A stretch of 64,000 bases of DNA. Source: an uncultured Pseudomonadota bacterium (GTDB taxonomy: Bacteria > Pseudomonadota > Alphaproteobacteria > Rs-D84). The notes beneath the pieces were generated by a model. That model was not told where the DNA came from, did not search any database, and was given only the letters and a program-made list of their open reading frames with translations. Made by a program: the position numbers and the translations under genes. Below are positions 38,245 to 48,290 of the stretch, piece after piece. The stretch lies in NCBI GenBank assembly GCA_902788485.1, contig CADAKI010000001.1, positions 27,927 to 91,926 of the forward strand. The letters are read 5' to 3'. Each line of letters begins with the position of its first letter. Within the stretch, counting starts at the first letter, position 1.

Positions 38245-39306
38245 ATGCATATTAAATCAAATATTTTATTCAGATTTTTATTACGCCGATTTTTCGGTGG
38301 CACGGGTTTAATATTACTGATTGTATGTGGTATAATTTATGCCATCACATTTGTTGAACGATTGCCATCCAACCCGGACACAATTACCGCAATCATGGAC
38401 GCATGGATACGATTGTTGGAATACATCCCGATGTTTTTACCGTTGGCGGTATTTATGGGAACATTATTGGCGATGTATAATATGACCAAATCATCTGAAT
38501 TAATTATTATATCCAGTTCGGGCATGTCACCATATCAAATTGCACGACCGTTTTTGGTTGGCGCGGCAATAATTGGTATATTTGCAACCACGGTTATAAA
38601 CCCATACTTTGTGAACATCAGTGCGAAAAACCTGAACAATCATGATTTACAATTGGTTGATAACACCATCTGGTTACGCGAAGATGCAACCGACCATTTT
38701 TTAACCATGGCGGCACGCGACATGAAAAAACAAAATTCAGATTTAGTATTTATCGACGCAAAAATATTTGTCCAAGATAAAAATTTCAAATTACAAAATC
38801 GTATTGAATCACAACACGCCACATTATCAAAAAACGGCATATCATGCACAGACGCCACAATTTGGGATGCGCGCGGAAATACAACACATGGTAAATGGGA
38901 AATCAAAACAAAGACAACACCACAAACCGTTCTGGACCGATATTTGCAACCGAATCAAATTTCTTTTTGGGAATTGCCGCGGTTTATACAAAAAATGTCA
39001 TCAATCGGCGCACCGGTTCGCGGACACCTGGTTCAATTTTGGACATTGTTATTTTTACCATTAACGATGATTGCCATGACAACAATGGGCATCGCATTTT
39101 CCCAAACCCGTCAGCGTCGAAATTTTAATTTCGGATTGAAATTCAGTGCCGCAATCGTCACATGCTTTTTAATGTATTTTTTAATCAATACATTTAACGC
39201 CCTGGGGGCGACGGGTGCCCTGCCCCCAATATTGGCAATTATTGCACCACCAATTATAATTATCGCGATATCTGGCGCATTTATTGAACATTTTGATACG
39301 ATATAA
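38245..39306 (+). CDS. LPS export ABC transporter permease (LptF/LptG family, YjgP/YjgQ)
   Basis: 353 aa. ILFRFLLRRFFGGTGLILLIVCGIIYAITFVE N-terminus, a periplasmic beta-jellyroll region, and six TMs. Confidence 0.75.
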   Translation: MHIKSNILFRFLLRRFFGGTGLILLIVCGIIYAITFVERLPSNPDTITAIMDAWIRLLEYIPMFLPLAVFMGTLLAMYNMTKSSELIIISSSGMSPYQIARPFLVGAAIIGIFATTVINPYFVNISAKNLNNHDLQLVDNTIWLREDATDHFLTMAARDMKKQNSDLVFIDAKIFVQDKNFKLQNRIESQHATLSKNGISCTDATIWDARGNTTHGKWEIKTKTTPQTVLDRYLQPNQISFWELPRFIQKMSSIGAPVRGHLVQFWTLLFLPLTMIAMTTMGIAFSQTRQRRNFNFGLKFSAAIVTCFLMYFLINTFNALGATGALPPILAIIAPPIIIIAISGAFIEHFDTI

Positions 39307-39323
39307 ATTATGGGGAAAATACA

Positions 39324-39452
39324 ATGCCATTAAAAAAGAAAACAAATACGAAAAAGATTTTAATTTGGATGCTTATCATCATATTGATTGCATTTATGAT
39401 TATGTATTTTGCGCCCACACAAACAACAATTGAATTGGAATTGTATCCATGA
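39324..39452 (+). CDS. Possible small membrane protein (42 aa)
   Basis: MPLKKKTNTKKILIWMLIIILIAFMIMYFAPTQTTIELELYP. Its stop overlaps the xerD start (ATGA). Below the ORF-track cut-off. No SD. Confidence 0.25.
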   Translation: MPLKKKTNTKKILIWMLIIILIAFMIMYFAPTQTTIELELYP

Positions 39453-40321
39453 ATTATATCGACATATTTCTTGAATCATTGGTTGCAGAACGTGGTCGCA
39501 GTGAAAAAACAATTCAAAGTTATGCGTCTGACCTGAACGCGGCAAACGATGCATTACCACACGGATTGATTGGCGCGACACCGGACGAAATACAAAATTA
39601 TTTATCCGGGCTTTCCGAACGCGCATCATCTATTGCCCGCAAGGCAAGTTCCCTGCGCGGATTTTACAAATTTTTAATGTTGGAAAAAATAATAACAACC
39701 AACCCAACAAAAAACATCGAATTACCAAAGCGCGCACGTCCATTACCAAAATTATTATCGGTTGATGAAATAGAATTATTAATATCATCGGCGGGCGACA
39801 CAAAAAATTCCACCCGACTGCGTGCGATGTTGGAATTGGTATACGCATCCGGACTGCGCGTATCTGAATTATGCGAATTACCCATGACATCAATCTTGGG
39901 GGACCATTTATTAATTCATGGCAAGGGCGCCAAAGAACGCATGGTTCCAATGCACGCGGGCGCAATTGATGCATTAAACAAATGGTTGGCACAACGCGAC
40001 GACACCGATTCGAAATATGTATTTCCCGGTTCTGGCAAAACCGGCCACATAACGCGCGACGGATTTTTCAAAATATTAAAAAAATGCGCGATACTGGCGG
40101 GCATCGCCCCCGAACATGTATCACCACATGTTTTGCGTCACTCATTCGCATCACATTTATTATCACACGGTGCAAACTTGCGCGCGATACAAACAATGTT
40201 GGGACACGAAGACATTTCAACAACACAAATTTACACCCATGTTTTGCCTGAACAATTACGCGAAACAATGGAAAATTACCATCCATTATCAAATAACAAG
40301 CATAAGGCAACACAACAATGA
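39449..40321 (+). CDS. xerD: Site-specific tyrosine recombinase XerD/XerC
   Basis: 290 aa. SAM-like N-domain (ERGRSEKTIQSYASDL), catalytic R...HVLRHSFASHLL...LGHEDISTTQIYTHV with Tyr. Confidence 0.85.
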   Translation: MNYIDIFLESLVAERGRSEKTIQSYASDLNAANDALPHGLIGATPDEIQNYLSGLSERASSIARKASSLRGFYKFLMLEKIITTNPTKNIELPKRARPLPKLLSVDEIELLISSAGDTKNSTRLRAMLELVYASGLRVSELCELPMTSILGDHLLIHGKGAKERMVPMHAGAIDALNKWLAQRDDTDSKYVFPGSGKTGHITRDGFFKILKKCAILAGIAPEHVSPHVLRHSFASHLLSHGANLRAIQTMLGHEDISTTQIYTHVLPEQLRETMENYHPLSNNKHKATQQ

Positions 40322-40818
40322 TAACAAAATGTGACCATCCCGGATGCACCAAGGCCGGCACATGCCGTGCACCAAAAAATCGTAATCTGAACGATTATTG
40401 GCACTTTTGTACCACGCACGCGGCCGAATACAATAAAAATTGGAATTATTACGCCGACATGACCCCCGAAGAGATAGAGGCCGATTGGGAACGCGAAACA
40501 TTTGGCGCCCCATTACAGGAAAAGGCGCGTGCCAATGCCGACACGGCAGATTACATAAAATTTCTGAACGATTTTTTATCAGGCCGCGGCACATTTGACC
40601 ACACACCACCAAAAAGCAAATTACCCACCGGGGTCAGTGGCGCATTAAAAACATTGGGATTACCGCCCACCGCAACATGGCGTGATGTTGGTACAAAATA
40701 CCGACAACTGGCAAAAAAATACCACCCCGATACCGCGGCCGACAAATCGTCCGCCACGGCCGAATTTACCAAGATAACCACCGCATACAACACATTAAAA
40801 AAACATTTTAACAAATAA
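40318..40818 (+). CDS. J-domain protein with N-terminal Cys-rich (zinc-ribbon-like) segment
   Basis: 166 aa. C-terminal J domain (WRDVGTKYRQLAKKYHPD with HPD). N-terminus CDHPGCTKAGTCRAP...HFCTTH. Overlaps the xerD stop by 4 nt. Confidence 0.7.
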   Translation: MITKCDHPGCTKAGTCRAPKNRNLNDYWHFCTTHAAEYNKNWNYYADMTPEEIEADWERETFGAPLQEKARANADTADYIKFLNDFLSGRGTFDHTPPKSKLPTGVSGALKTLGLPPTATWRDVGTKYRQLAKKYHPDTAADKSSATAEFTKITTAYNTLKKHFNK

Positions 40819-40822
40819 AAAC

Positions 40823-41737
40823 CTATTGGTATTTACTAACACACCGATCATAAGAACCTGATAATCTCCCCGGCACACGTAATGCACGTTCTTTTGCCGA
40901 ACCAGTACGTTTTTTTGCGCGTTTATTTGATATTTCACGATAAAATTCATCCACAGTATGCGTTTCTAAATATTTATTCGTCGCATCCACAACACAATCC
41001 GTCACAACCGATGTCACGCTACAATTTGCGCCAACCGTTTCACGCAACTCGACAGCAACGGTACCAATACCACCCACAGAAAATTGCATAACCGCCGCCA
41101 AAACTTGGGGTGGCAACTTATAATATTTATATTTGTAATAATGCCGTGTCCAATACGCCAACTTTGCATCTGCAACACTCATTTTTCTGATACATTCGAC
41201 CGACAATCCCGATGCACATGTGGTAATACCATATTTTGTTGCGCCCAATAAATATTTACCATCTGTACCCTTTATCGGTTTACCGTCTGGTCCGCATATA
41301 CGATTTCCCGGGTCAGATGGTGTTTGTTGAAAACCTTTTTCATAACTTAATGCAAAATCTATGGCATCATCAAAAATACATTTTTGAATTTTTTGTTCAA
41401 CCGTTTGTGGGTTAGTATATAAATGCTTTCCGGCACTGTATGCATACACGCATTTTGACACCACATTATTCACAAAATTTGAACATTTTTCGGCACCATC
41501 TGCGGTTGCAACATTATACCCACCAACATAGCAAACATTATTCATCCCGACTTCGTCTATTTCACCATTTGTCGGATTCATTTGTGCCATATATTCATTT
41601 GCAACATCCGCCCAAATATTTTGTGGAAATTCTTGTTGTATTGCCTCGGTCAATGCATCGGCATAAAAATATGCCGCCCATGCATTTGATGCATTTGCAA
41701 AAAACATTACACAAAAAATCAACAACAACTTTTTCAT
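40823..41737 (-). CDS. Secreted protein with GH108-like (putative muramidase) domain
   Basis: 304 aa. Signal peptide. LSYEKGFQQTPSDPGN...ATKYGIT...YW...LPPQVLAAVMQFSVGGIGTVAVEL follows the GH108 consensus EGGyvndpkDPGGaTkyGIt...YW...LP..la..vFD.aVN.G. The assignment is weak. Confidence 0.4.
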   Translation of the reverse strand: MKKLLLIFCVMFFANASNAWAAYFYADALTEAIQQEFPQNIWADVANEYMAQMNPTNGEIDEVGMNNVCYVGGYNVATADGAEKCSNFVNNVVSKCVYAYSAGKHLYTNPQTVEQKIQKCIFDDAIDFALSYEKGFQQTPSDPGNRICGPDGKPIKGTDGKYLLGATKYGITTCASGLSVECIRKMSVADAKLAYWTRHYYKYKYYKLPPQVLAAVMQFSVGGIGTVAVELRETVGANCSVTSVVTDCVVDATNKYLETHTVDEFYREISNKRAKKRTGSAKERALRVPGRLSGSYDRCVSKYQ

Positions 41738-42585
41738 TTCAAAACTTTCTCACAATTTTGCGCCACATCGGCAACTTTTTTAATTGCCGATATTTGTGTT
41801 GCATTAAACACCGTTGCCGCCCCCGATAACGCCGTTGCGCCACCCGCCAATACATTTGCCGCCGTATCTATTTTTTCGGCATTATTTTGGTCAGAATTAT
41901 TGGCAATATGGCTGGAAACAATGCCCGCGCCACCAACGACACCGCCTGCAACCGACGAAATTTGGGCGCCACGACCACGTTTTTTAATTTTAGATAAATC
42001 GACATATTTATATTCAGAACATGCATCATAAATTTTTTGTGCCTCGGTCACATCAACACCATTTGCGCGCGCCTGGATTATAATATTTTGCAAATCGTTC
42101 ACCGCCGATATACACGCCCCAACCCGCGTATTTAATTCATCATCAGACGATGTATTTTTCGTTGCCAAAATTGCACCTGCAACATTTGCCGCGGTGTTTG
42201 CCGCCAATAATCCCGTGCGCCAATTTCCCAAATTCTTAGATTTTTTTGATTTTATGTTTGGTTTAAAATCCGGCTGTTGTTTGATATCCAACAACACATT
42301 ACCCGAACCAGAAAAATTTTCCTTTGCTTCTAAATCACGCAAATCGCCAAACAATTCATCATGATTTTTAATTCCAACAACAACCGCACCCGCGCCCGCC
42401 GCCGTTCCGACACCAGTGACACCTGTATTTATCCCGGCAATTTTTTTCATATTCCCCAACAAATCATCAATACCCATACACGACATGTATGTCTTTTGTA
42501 ATCCAGAATTTAACATCGCCACCCCATCTGCATGTGCAACAATGGGTAAAAACAACGCAACAAACATCAAAAGCCGGTAAATCAT
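41734..42585 (-). CDS. Secreted Gly/Ala-rich hypothetical protein
   Basis: Start taken at internal ATG 42585 (MIYRLLMFVALFLPIVAHA signal peptide). The track's longer ORF to 42705 overlaps the trxB start. G/A/V-rich repeats (GVTGVGTAAGAGAVVVGI; VAGGVVGGAGIVSS). 4-nt overlap with the downstream GH108-like gene. Confidence 0.4.
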   Translation of the reverse strand: MIYRLLMFVALFLPIVAHADGVAMLNSGLQKTYMSCMGIDDLLGNMKKIAGINTGVTGVGTAAGAGAVVVGIKNHDELFGDLRDLEAKENFSGSGNVLLDIKQQPDFKPNIKSKKSKNLGNWRTGLLAANTAANVAGAILATKNTSSDDELNTRVGACISAVNDLQNIIIQARANGVDVTEAQKIYDACSEYKYVDLSKIKKRGRGAQISSVAGGVVGGAGIVSSHIANNSDQNNAEKIDTAANVLAGGATALSGAATVFNATQISAIKKVADVAQNCEKVLK

Positions 42586-42694
42586 ACATAAAATTATATC
42601 ACAAAAACCTGCACCAACCAAACCAAAATAAATAAATTGACCCCGTGGGGACGCTATGCTATGCTGAACACGCGAATAAATATAGGAATAAAAA

Positions 42695-43594
42695 ATGTAT
42701 GACATAATAATTTTGGGTTCGGGTCCGGCCGGCCTGACCGCCGCGATATATGCGGCACGCGCAAATAAAAAAACATTGATAATCGCGGGCGATACATTGG
42801 GCGGTCAAACATCGGAAATCGCAAATTTGGAAAATTTTCCGGGATACACCGGGTCCGGGATGGATTGGATTCAAAATACTTTGAAACAGGCCACCGGTTT
42901 CGGTGCCGAAATCACATACGCATCGGCAACCGACATCAAATGGGACGGAAATTTCACATACACGGTTAAATGCGACAACGGTAAAACATTTACTGCACCG
43001 GCGGTAATCATGGCAACGGGCGCACGCGCACGTCGATTGGAAATCGATGGCGCACGCGAATTGTTGGGTCACGGCGTTTCATATTGTGCAACATGCGATG
43101 GTTTTTTCTATTCTGGGAAACGCGTTTTGGTTATCGGTGGCGGAAACAGTGCATTAAACGATGCCCTGTATTTGGCGGATTTGGCGTCCGAGGTTCAAAT
43201 TATTTATCGCAAACCATCGTTCACCCGGGCCGAGGCGATTGTTCGTGACCGTGTTGCGGCACGCGAAAACATCAAACCTGTATTCAATACAGAATTGAAA
43301 TCTATTCGCAAACAGAACGATTCGGATGAATTGATTGCAACAACCACAGACGGTCGCGAAATTATATGCGACGGAATTTTTGTTGCCATCGGACACGAGG
43401 CCAACACGGATTATTTAAGCGAAGAAATTAAACGCGACAACATGGGACGCGTAATGGCGGACAACCTGCCCCGCGGCATGTTTGTTGCAGGCGACGAAAA
43501 AAGCGGTATAAAAATGCAGGTTGCAACCGCCGTCGGCACCGGATGCGGTGCCGCCATGGATGCGATTGCATACCTAAACACAAAGGATAATTAA
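42695..43594 (+). CDS. trxB: Thioredoxin-disulfide reductase
   Basis: 299 aa. FAD motif GSGPAGLTAAIYAARA, redox CATC, NADPH motif GGGNSALNDALYLA. Confidence 0.85.
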   Translation: MYDIIILGSGPAGLTAAIYAARANKKTLIIAGDTLGGQTSEIANLENFPGYTGSGMDWIQNTLKQATGFGAEITYASATDIKWDGNFTYTVKCDNGKTFTAPAVIMATGARARRLEIDGARELLGHGVSYCATCDGFFYSGKRVLVIGGGNSALNDALYLADLASEVQIIYRKPSFTRAEAIVRDRVAARENIKPVFNTELKSIRKQNDSDELIATTTDGREIICDGIFVAIGHEANTDYLSEEIKRDNMGRVMADNLPRGMFVAGDEKSGIKMQVATAVGTGCGAAMDAIAYLNTKDN

Positions 43595-43595
43595 A

Positions 43596-44876
43596 ATGTT
43601 GGATATAAAATTTATTCGTGAAAATCCAGACATCGTTCGCAACGCATGCCGTGTTAAAAATTTTCCCGATGTCGTTGATGAATTATTAATGACGGACGCG
43701 CGCGTACGCGAATTAAAAACAATTACACAAACCATGACGGCGGAAAAAAATAAAATTTCACGCGAAATTCCAACCGCATCTGACAAGGCATCATTGATTC
43801 AACGCAGCAAGGAAATTTCCGACGAAATCGCCAATGATGCATATGAATTAGCAACCGAAGAACAAAAATTAAACGATTTAATGCACCGCATTCCACAAAT
43901 CCCAGATGCATCTGCACCGATTGGTATGGATGACACGGCAAACACGGTTGTCAAAACCGTTGGCACCCCGCGCAAATTTGATTTCACACCGCGCGCCCAA
44001 TGGGACTTGTTGGATATGAATAATTGGTGGATGCCGGAAAAAATTGCAAACACATGCGGCACGCGCGTATATGCATTATGTGGCGAATTGGCGGAACTGG
44101 AATTGGCGGTTCAAACATATGTTATTCAAAAATTGATTGGCAAAGGTTTTAAATACATTGATTGCCCATCAATCACAAAGCCCCAGACAATATTCAACGC
44201 CGGACATTTTATCGGTTCCGACATGTCGGTTATGAATAACGATGTATTTATGCTGACAGACACCGACCGTTGCCTGGCGGGAACATCTGAAATTGTGATG
44301 AATTCATTATTTGCGGGTGAAATTTTACCGGAATCCGAATTACCATTAAAATTCGCCGGATTTTCACCATGCTTTCGACGCGAGGCCGGCGCCGCCGGTC
44401 GCGACACACGGGGTCTGGTTCGCGTTCATCAATTCAAAAAGGTTGAACAATTTATATTCTGTAAACCAGAAGACAGCGACGAAATGCACGAATTATTGTT
44501 AAATAATTTATGCGATATCATGGCGGACTTTGAATTACCATACAGAGTCATTGCAAACTCAACCGGCGACATGGGATTTAACAAGGTCAAAATGAACGAT
44601 GTCGAGGCATGGATTCCATCAGAGGGAACATACCGCGAATTGGGTTCTTGTTCGTCAATCGGCACTTTCCAGGCGCGCCGCACGAATACACGCTATCGCG
44701 AAAATGGCACGAACGATGTTAAATTTGTTGCAACATTAAATAATACCGGAATTGCCCTGCCCCGCGCATTGGTGCCAATTATCGAAAACCACCAAAACGC
44801 GGATGGCTCGGTGAACATACCAAAATGCTTGCAACCATTAATGGGCGGCCGCACCAAAATTGGTGGCAAACACTAA
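43596..44876 (+). CDS. serS: Serine--tRNA ligase
   Basis: 426 aa. N-terminal coiled-coil arm and class-II motifs (FRREAG; GSCSSIGTFQARR). Confidence 0.9.
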   Translation: MLDIKFIRENPDIVRNACRVKNFPDVVDELLMTDARVRELKTITQTMTAEKNKISREIPTASDKASLIQRSKEISDEIANDAYELATEEQKLNDLMHRIPQIPDASAPIGMDDTANTVVKTVGTPRKFDFTPRAQWDLLDMNNWWMPEKIANTCGTRVYALCGELAELELAVQTYVIQKLIGKGFKYIDCPSITKPQTIFNAGHFIGSDMSVMNNDVFMLTDTDRCLAGTSEIVMNSLFAGEILPESELPLKFAGFSPCFRREAGAAGRDTRGLVRVHQFKKVEQFIFCKPEDSDEMHELLLNNLCDIMADFELPYRVIANSTGDMGFNKVKMNDVEAWIPSEGTYRELGSCSSIGTFQARRTNTRYRENGTNDVKFVATLNNTGIALPRALVPIIENHQNADGSVNIPKCLQPLMGGRTKIGGKH

Positions 44877-45015
44877 AACACACCGCCCAATCGCGCCATA
44901 GCATTGTTCGTAATTACAAAACAAACTTTACAATTATCGGCGAAGGCGGATGGGTGGCAGAACCAAAATTGGCGGAAAACACTAAACTTTATCCACCCAA
45001 TCGCACCATAATAAA
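44851..45015. repeat. Degenerate direct repeat duplicating the serS 3' end
   Basis: Copy A at 44851-44905 is accaaaattggtggcaaacactaaaacacaccgcccaatcgcgccata and includes the serS stop. Copy B at 44958-45012 is accaaaattggcggaaaacactaaactttatccacccaatcgcaccata. About 80% identity over roughly 50 bp, period 107 bp. Confidence 0.55.
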
Positions 45016-45018
45016 AAA

Positions 45019-45045
45019 ATGCCCAAACGGGCATTTCTTTTGTTT
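45019..45045 (+). terminator. Rho-independent terminator downstream of serS
   Basis: atgccc-aaac-gggcat hairpin followed by ttcttttgttt. Confidence 0.5.
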
Positions 45046-45046
45046 A

Positions 45047-45075
45047 TTGTTGATTTTACAAAAATATAGTATAAT
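45047..45075 (+). promoter_or_regulatory. Candidate sigma70-type promoter for typA
   Basis: TTGTTG-N17-TATAAT (the -10 at 45070-45075), 37 nt upstream of the typA ATG. AGGA SD lies in between. Confidence 0.35.
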
Positions 45076-45111
45076 CTATACACTTATTACGAAAAAAATA
45101 GGAATAATGTT

Positions 45112-46959
45112 ATGAAAATTCGCAACATTGCAATTATTGCACACGTGGACCATGGGAAAACAACCTTGGTCGATAATATGTTAAAACAGGCGGGAACTTT
45201 CCGCGAAAATGAACGCGTCGAAGACCGCGTCATGGACAGCGGCGACATCGAACGCGAACGCGGAATCACCATTTCTGCAAAGCCGACATCTATCCAATGG
45301 GGCGAATATAAAATTAATATCGTGGACACACCGGGCCACGCCGATTTCGGGGGCGAGGTTGAACGTATTTTATCCATGGTTGACGGCGTTGTGTTGTTGG
45401 TCGACAGTGCCGAAGGCCCACTGCCCCAAACAAAATTCGTGTTATCCAAGGCATTAAAACTGGGGCTGCGCCCGATTGTATGTATCAACAAAATTGACCG
45501 TGGCGATGCCCGTCCCGAAGAAGTTTTAACCGAAACATTTGATTTGTTCGACAAACTGGGTGCCACCGATGCACAACTGGATTTCCCATACCTGTACGCG
45601 GTTGGTCGTGACGGTTGGGCGGTTCGTGACCTGGCGGACATCAATAACCCAAACAAAGATTTAAAACCATTATTCCAACTGATTGTGGACCATGTACCGG
45701 CACCTGATTGCAACGGCACACGTTGCCAATTGGACGCACCATTTAAAATGTTGGCCACAACATTAGAGGCCGACCCATATGTCGGACGTATTTTAACCGG
45801 TAAAATCGAATCCGGCACTGTCCGCGTTGGCCAAACGGTCAAGGCAATCAACATGGCGGGGGATTTGGTTGAAACCGCCAAAATCACAAAAATTATTGAA
45901 CACGCCGGCGTGCAAAAAGTATCACGCGATTCTGCATCGGCGGGCGACATTGTGGTTGTGGCTGGATTTACACGTGCAACCGTGGCGGACACATTGTGTG
46001 ATCCATCTGTCACCGAACCGATTCCGGCAATTCCAATTGACCCACCAACCCTGACGATGACATTTTTCGTGAACACATCCCCGTTGGCGGGCAAATCCGG
46101 CAAAAAATTGACATCGCGTATGATTGGCGAACGGTTGTTTCGCGAGGCCGAAACAAACATCGCCCTGCGCGTCACACAAAGTGCCAACAACGAATCTTTC
46201 GAGGTTTCCGGTCGTGGCGAATTACAACTGGGGATTTTGATTGAAACAATGCGCCGCGAAGGATTCGAATTATCGGTGTCGCGTCCACGCGTTATCATGC
46301 ACCAAAACGAAAACGGCGAAAAAATGGAACCAATCGAAGAAGTCGTTATCGATGTGGACGATGAATTCAGCGGTGTCGTCATCGAAAAAATGACAAAGCG
46401 CAAGGCAACCATTGTTGACATGAAACCATCCGGCATTGGCAAAACCCGCATCGTGTTTTCGGCACCATCACGCGGATTGATTGGATATCTGTCTGAATTC
46501 CGCACCGACACACGTGGCACCGGAATTATGAACCGTGTATTTGATAAATACGATTTATATCGCGGTCCAATCACACAATACCGCCCCGGCGTTTTGGTAT
46601 CAATGGAGGCAGGACAAACAACAACATACGCCCTGCACAATTTGGAACCACGTGGCGTTCTGTTCGTTGGCCCACAGACCGAGGTTTATTCCGGTATGAT
46701 TGTCGGCGAACACAGCAAAGAAAACGATATCGAGGTCAACCCGGTTCGTGGCAAACAATTAACAAACGTTCGTTCGGTGACCGCCGATGAAAAATTGTTC
46801 TTGGCGCCACCGCGCAAGATTTCATTAGAAGAAGCCCTGTCATATATCCAAGACGATGAATTGGTAGAGGTCACACCCGCAACAATCCGTCTGCGTAAAA
46901 AAGAACTGGACAGTGGCAAACGCAAAAAAGCATATCGTTTCGCGGAATCCGCAGATTAA
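45112..46959 (+). CDS. typA: Ribosome-associated translational GTPase TypA/BipA
   Basis: 615 aa. NIAIIAHVDHGKTTLVD, DTPGHADF, NKID, and the BipA C-terminal domain. The 517-aa antisense ORF 45087..46640 is a shadow. Confidence 0.9.
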   Translation: MKIRNIAIIAHVDHGKTTLVDNMLKQAGTFRENERVEDRVMDSGDIERERGITISAKPTSIQWGEYKINIVDTPGHADFGGEVERILSMVDGVVLLVDSAEGPLPQTKFVLSKALKLGLRPIVCINKIDRGDARPEEVLTETFDLFDKLGATDAQLDFPYLYAVGRDGWAVRDLADINNPNKDLKPLFQLIVDHVPAPDCNGTRCQLDAPFKMLATTLEADPYVGRILTGKIESGTVRVGQTVKAINMAGDLVETAKITKIIEHAGVQKVSRDSASAGDIVVVAGFTRATVADTLCDPSVTEPIPAIPIDPPTLTMTFFVNTSPLAGKSGKKLTSRMIGERLFREAETNIALRVTQSANNESFEVSGRGELQLGILIETMRREGFELSVSRPRVIMHQNENGEKMEPIEEVVIDVDDEFSGVVIEKMTKRKATIVDMKPSGIGKTRIVFSAPSRGLIGYLSEFRTDTRGTGIMNRVFDKYDLYRGPITQYRPGVLVSMEAGQTTTYALHNLEPRGVLFVGPQTEVYSGMIVGEHSKENDIEVNPVRGKQLTNVRSVTADEKLFLAPPRKISLEEALSYIQDDELVEVTPATIRLRKKELDSGKRKKAYRFAESAD

Positions 46960-46992
46960 AATTTTCCCGGAAACAATGCACTTAGCACAAAA

Positions 46993-47022
46993 AACGCCAG
47001 ATAAAAATCCGGCGTTTTTTTT
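46993..47022. terminator. Terminator between convergent typA and a glycosyltransferase gene
   Basis: aacgcc-N12-ggcgtt hairpin followed by TTTTTTTT. Confidence 0.45.
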
Positions 47023-47024
47023 AA

Positions 47025-48227
47025 CTAGCCCTCGTAATTTAATTTTCGTTTTAACCATCGACGGAAATTCCCGCGTCTTTCGCGCCCCGGCACAAAACAT
47101 GATGACCAATGAATAATAAAATGTTTAACATTGTTTAAACCAACACCGCCATATTTTTTATTGTATTCCGCCAATGCCGCATCATATTCCGCCAAATCTT
47201 TTTTATTCGGCACCACATCACGCGCCGTATATTTAAAACCAAACGCGTCAAAGAAATCACGCATATGCTGATTTACACCAATAATTTGTGGCACACTTGA
47301 ACAATGGTCTGTGGGCTTATTCTCGACCGATCCCGATATAAACACACCATTTAACCCCTTGGTATCATTGATTAAATTTTGAATATCCGCATTACACTTC
47401 GCCTGTCTGTTGCGTTTAATTTGCACAACCGTGCCACCCGATTTCATAAACAATGCCAAATGCAACGCCGTCCCCGCACAGCCCGCCAAAACACGCGCAT
47501 TTTTCACCAATCCTATTTGCTGGGTCAAAGGCAATTTTTCCGGCCAAATAATTTTATATCCATTTTTTTCAAATATTTTTTGCACCACCCCTTCGCCATA
47601 TGTGCGCCGTGTTTGCATTGCGGTTCGTGACACATAAATTTTTTCATATTTTTCGCGTGGCGTTTTTACATTTTTCGCAATCGCATCATACATTTTTCCA
47701 AACGCCGTGGATGAATACACCGGAATATTAAACCCTTGGTCCGGGACATACACACGACGAAACCGTGTTGTTTCGTTCAATATCAAAATATTTTCGCGTT
47801 TCACCCCCACCAGTTCCAACAATTCAAACATATAATTTGGTACCGGATTGATATCTTTGTTATTTACCAAAACAAATTTAGCATTTTTGTATTTTTTATC
47901 CAATGCCGCATACGCCCTGTTCATGTGTTCCAATAAAAAATGTCCAAATTGCGGAAACACATTTCCCACGAACACCGCATCCACATCCATATACGGAATA
48001 TTTTTATGATTAAATTTTGGTATAAATTGCCCATTGTTTTTTCGCATCTGGCGTGAAGATTTCACAAAACGGAATTTATCATCAAACACACCAAAACCAT
48101 GCCGATGTTCATTTACAATAATGCCATTTTCATATTCTTGGACATGCACATCACGCATATATTGGCGCGAAATTGATTTTTCAAAATATTTTTCAAAGTC
48201 GCTATCTGCAAACAACTTATACCACAT
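47025..48227 (-). CDS. Glycosyltransferase, GT61/DUF563-like
   Basis: 400 aa. VFPQFGHFLLEHMNRAY matches the DUF563/GT61 GHFLxE signature. Confidence 0.5.
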   Translation of the reverse strand: MWYKLFADSDFEKYFEKSISRQYMRDVHVQEYENGIIVNEHRHGFGVFDDKFRFVKSSRQMRKNNGQFIPKFNHKNIPYMDVDAVFVGNVFPQFGHFLLEHMNRAYAALDKKYKNAKFVLVNNKDINPVPNYMFELLELVGVKRENILILNETTRFRRVYVPDQGFNIPVYSSTAFGKMYDAIAKNVKTPREKYEKIYVSRTAMQTRRTYGEGVVQKIFEKNGYKIIWPEKLPLTQQIGLVKNARVLAGCAGTALHLALFMKSGGTVVQIKRNRQAKCNADIQNLINDTKGLNGVFISGSVENKPTDHCSSVPQIIGVNQHMRDFFDAFGFKYTARDVVPNKKDLAEYDAALAEYNKKYGGVGLNNVKHFIIHWSSCFVPGRERRGNFRRWLKRKLNYEG

Positions 48228-48290
48228 AAAAAATCCTTATGGTTGCAAAAATCTGATAAAACATGTATATTATAACCATATGGTAGAAAT

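Noticed and set aside
39449-40321. Possible phage integrase or prophage boundary
   Set aside because: The recombinase has the housekeeping XerC/D architecture (290 aa, RHRY with LGHxxxxTTQIYTHV). No phage structural genes or att-like duplications flank it.
45087-46640. 517-aa ORF on the minus strand
   Set aside because: It is antisense to typA/bipA, which has unmistakable GTPase motifs. The translation is low-complexity S/R/P-rich, so it is a shadow ORF.
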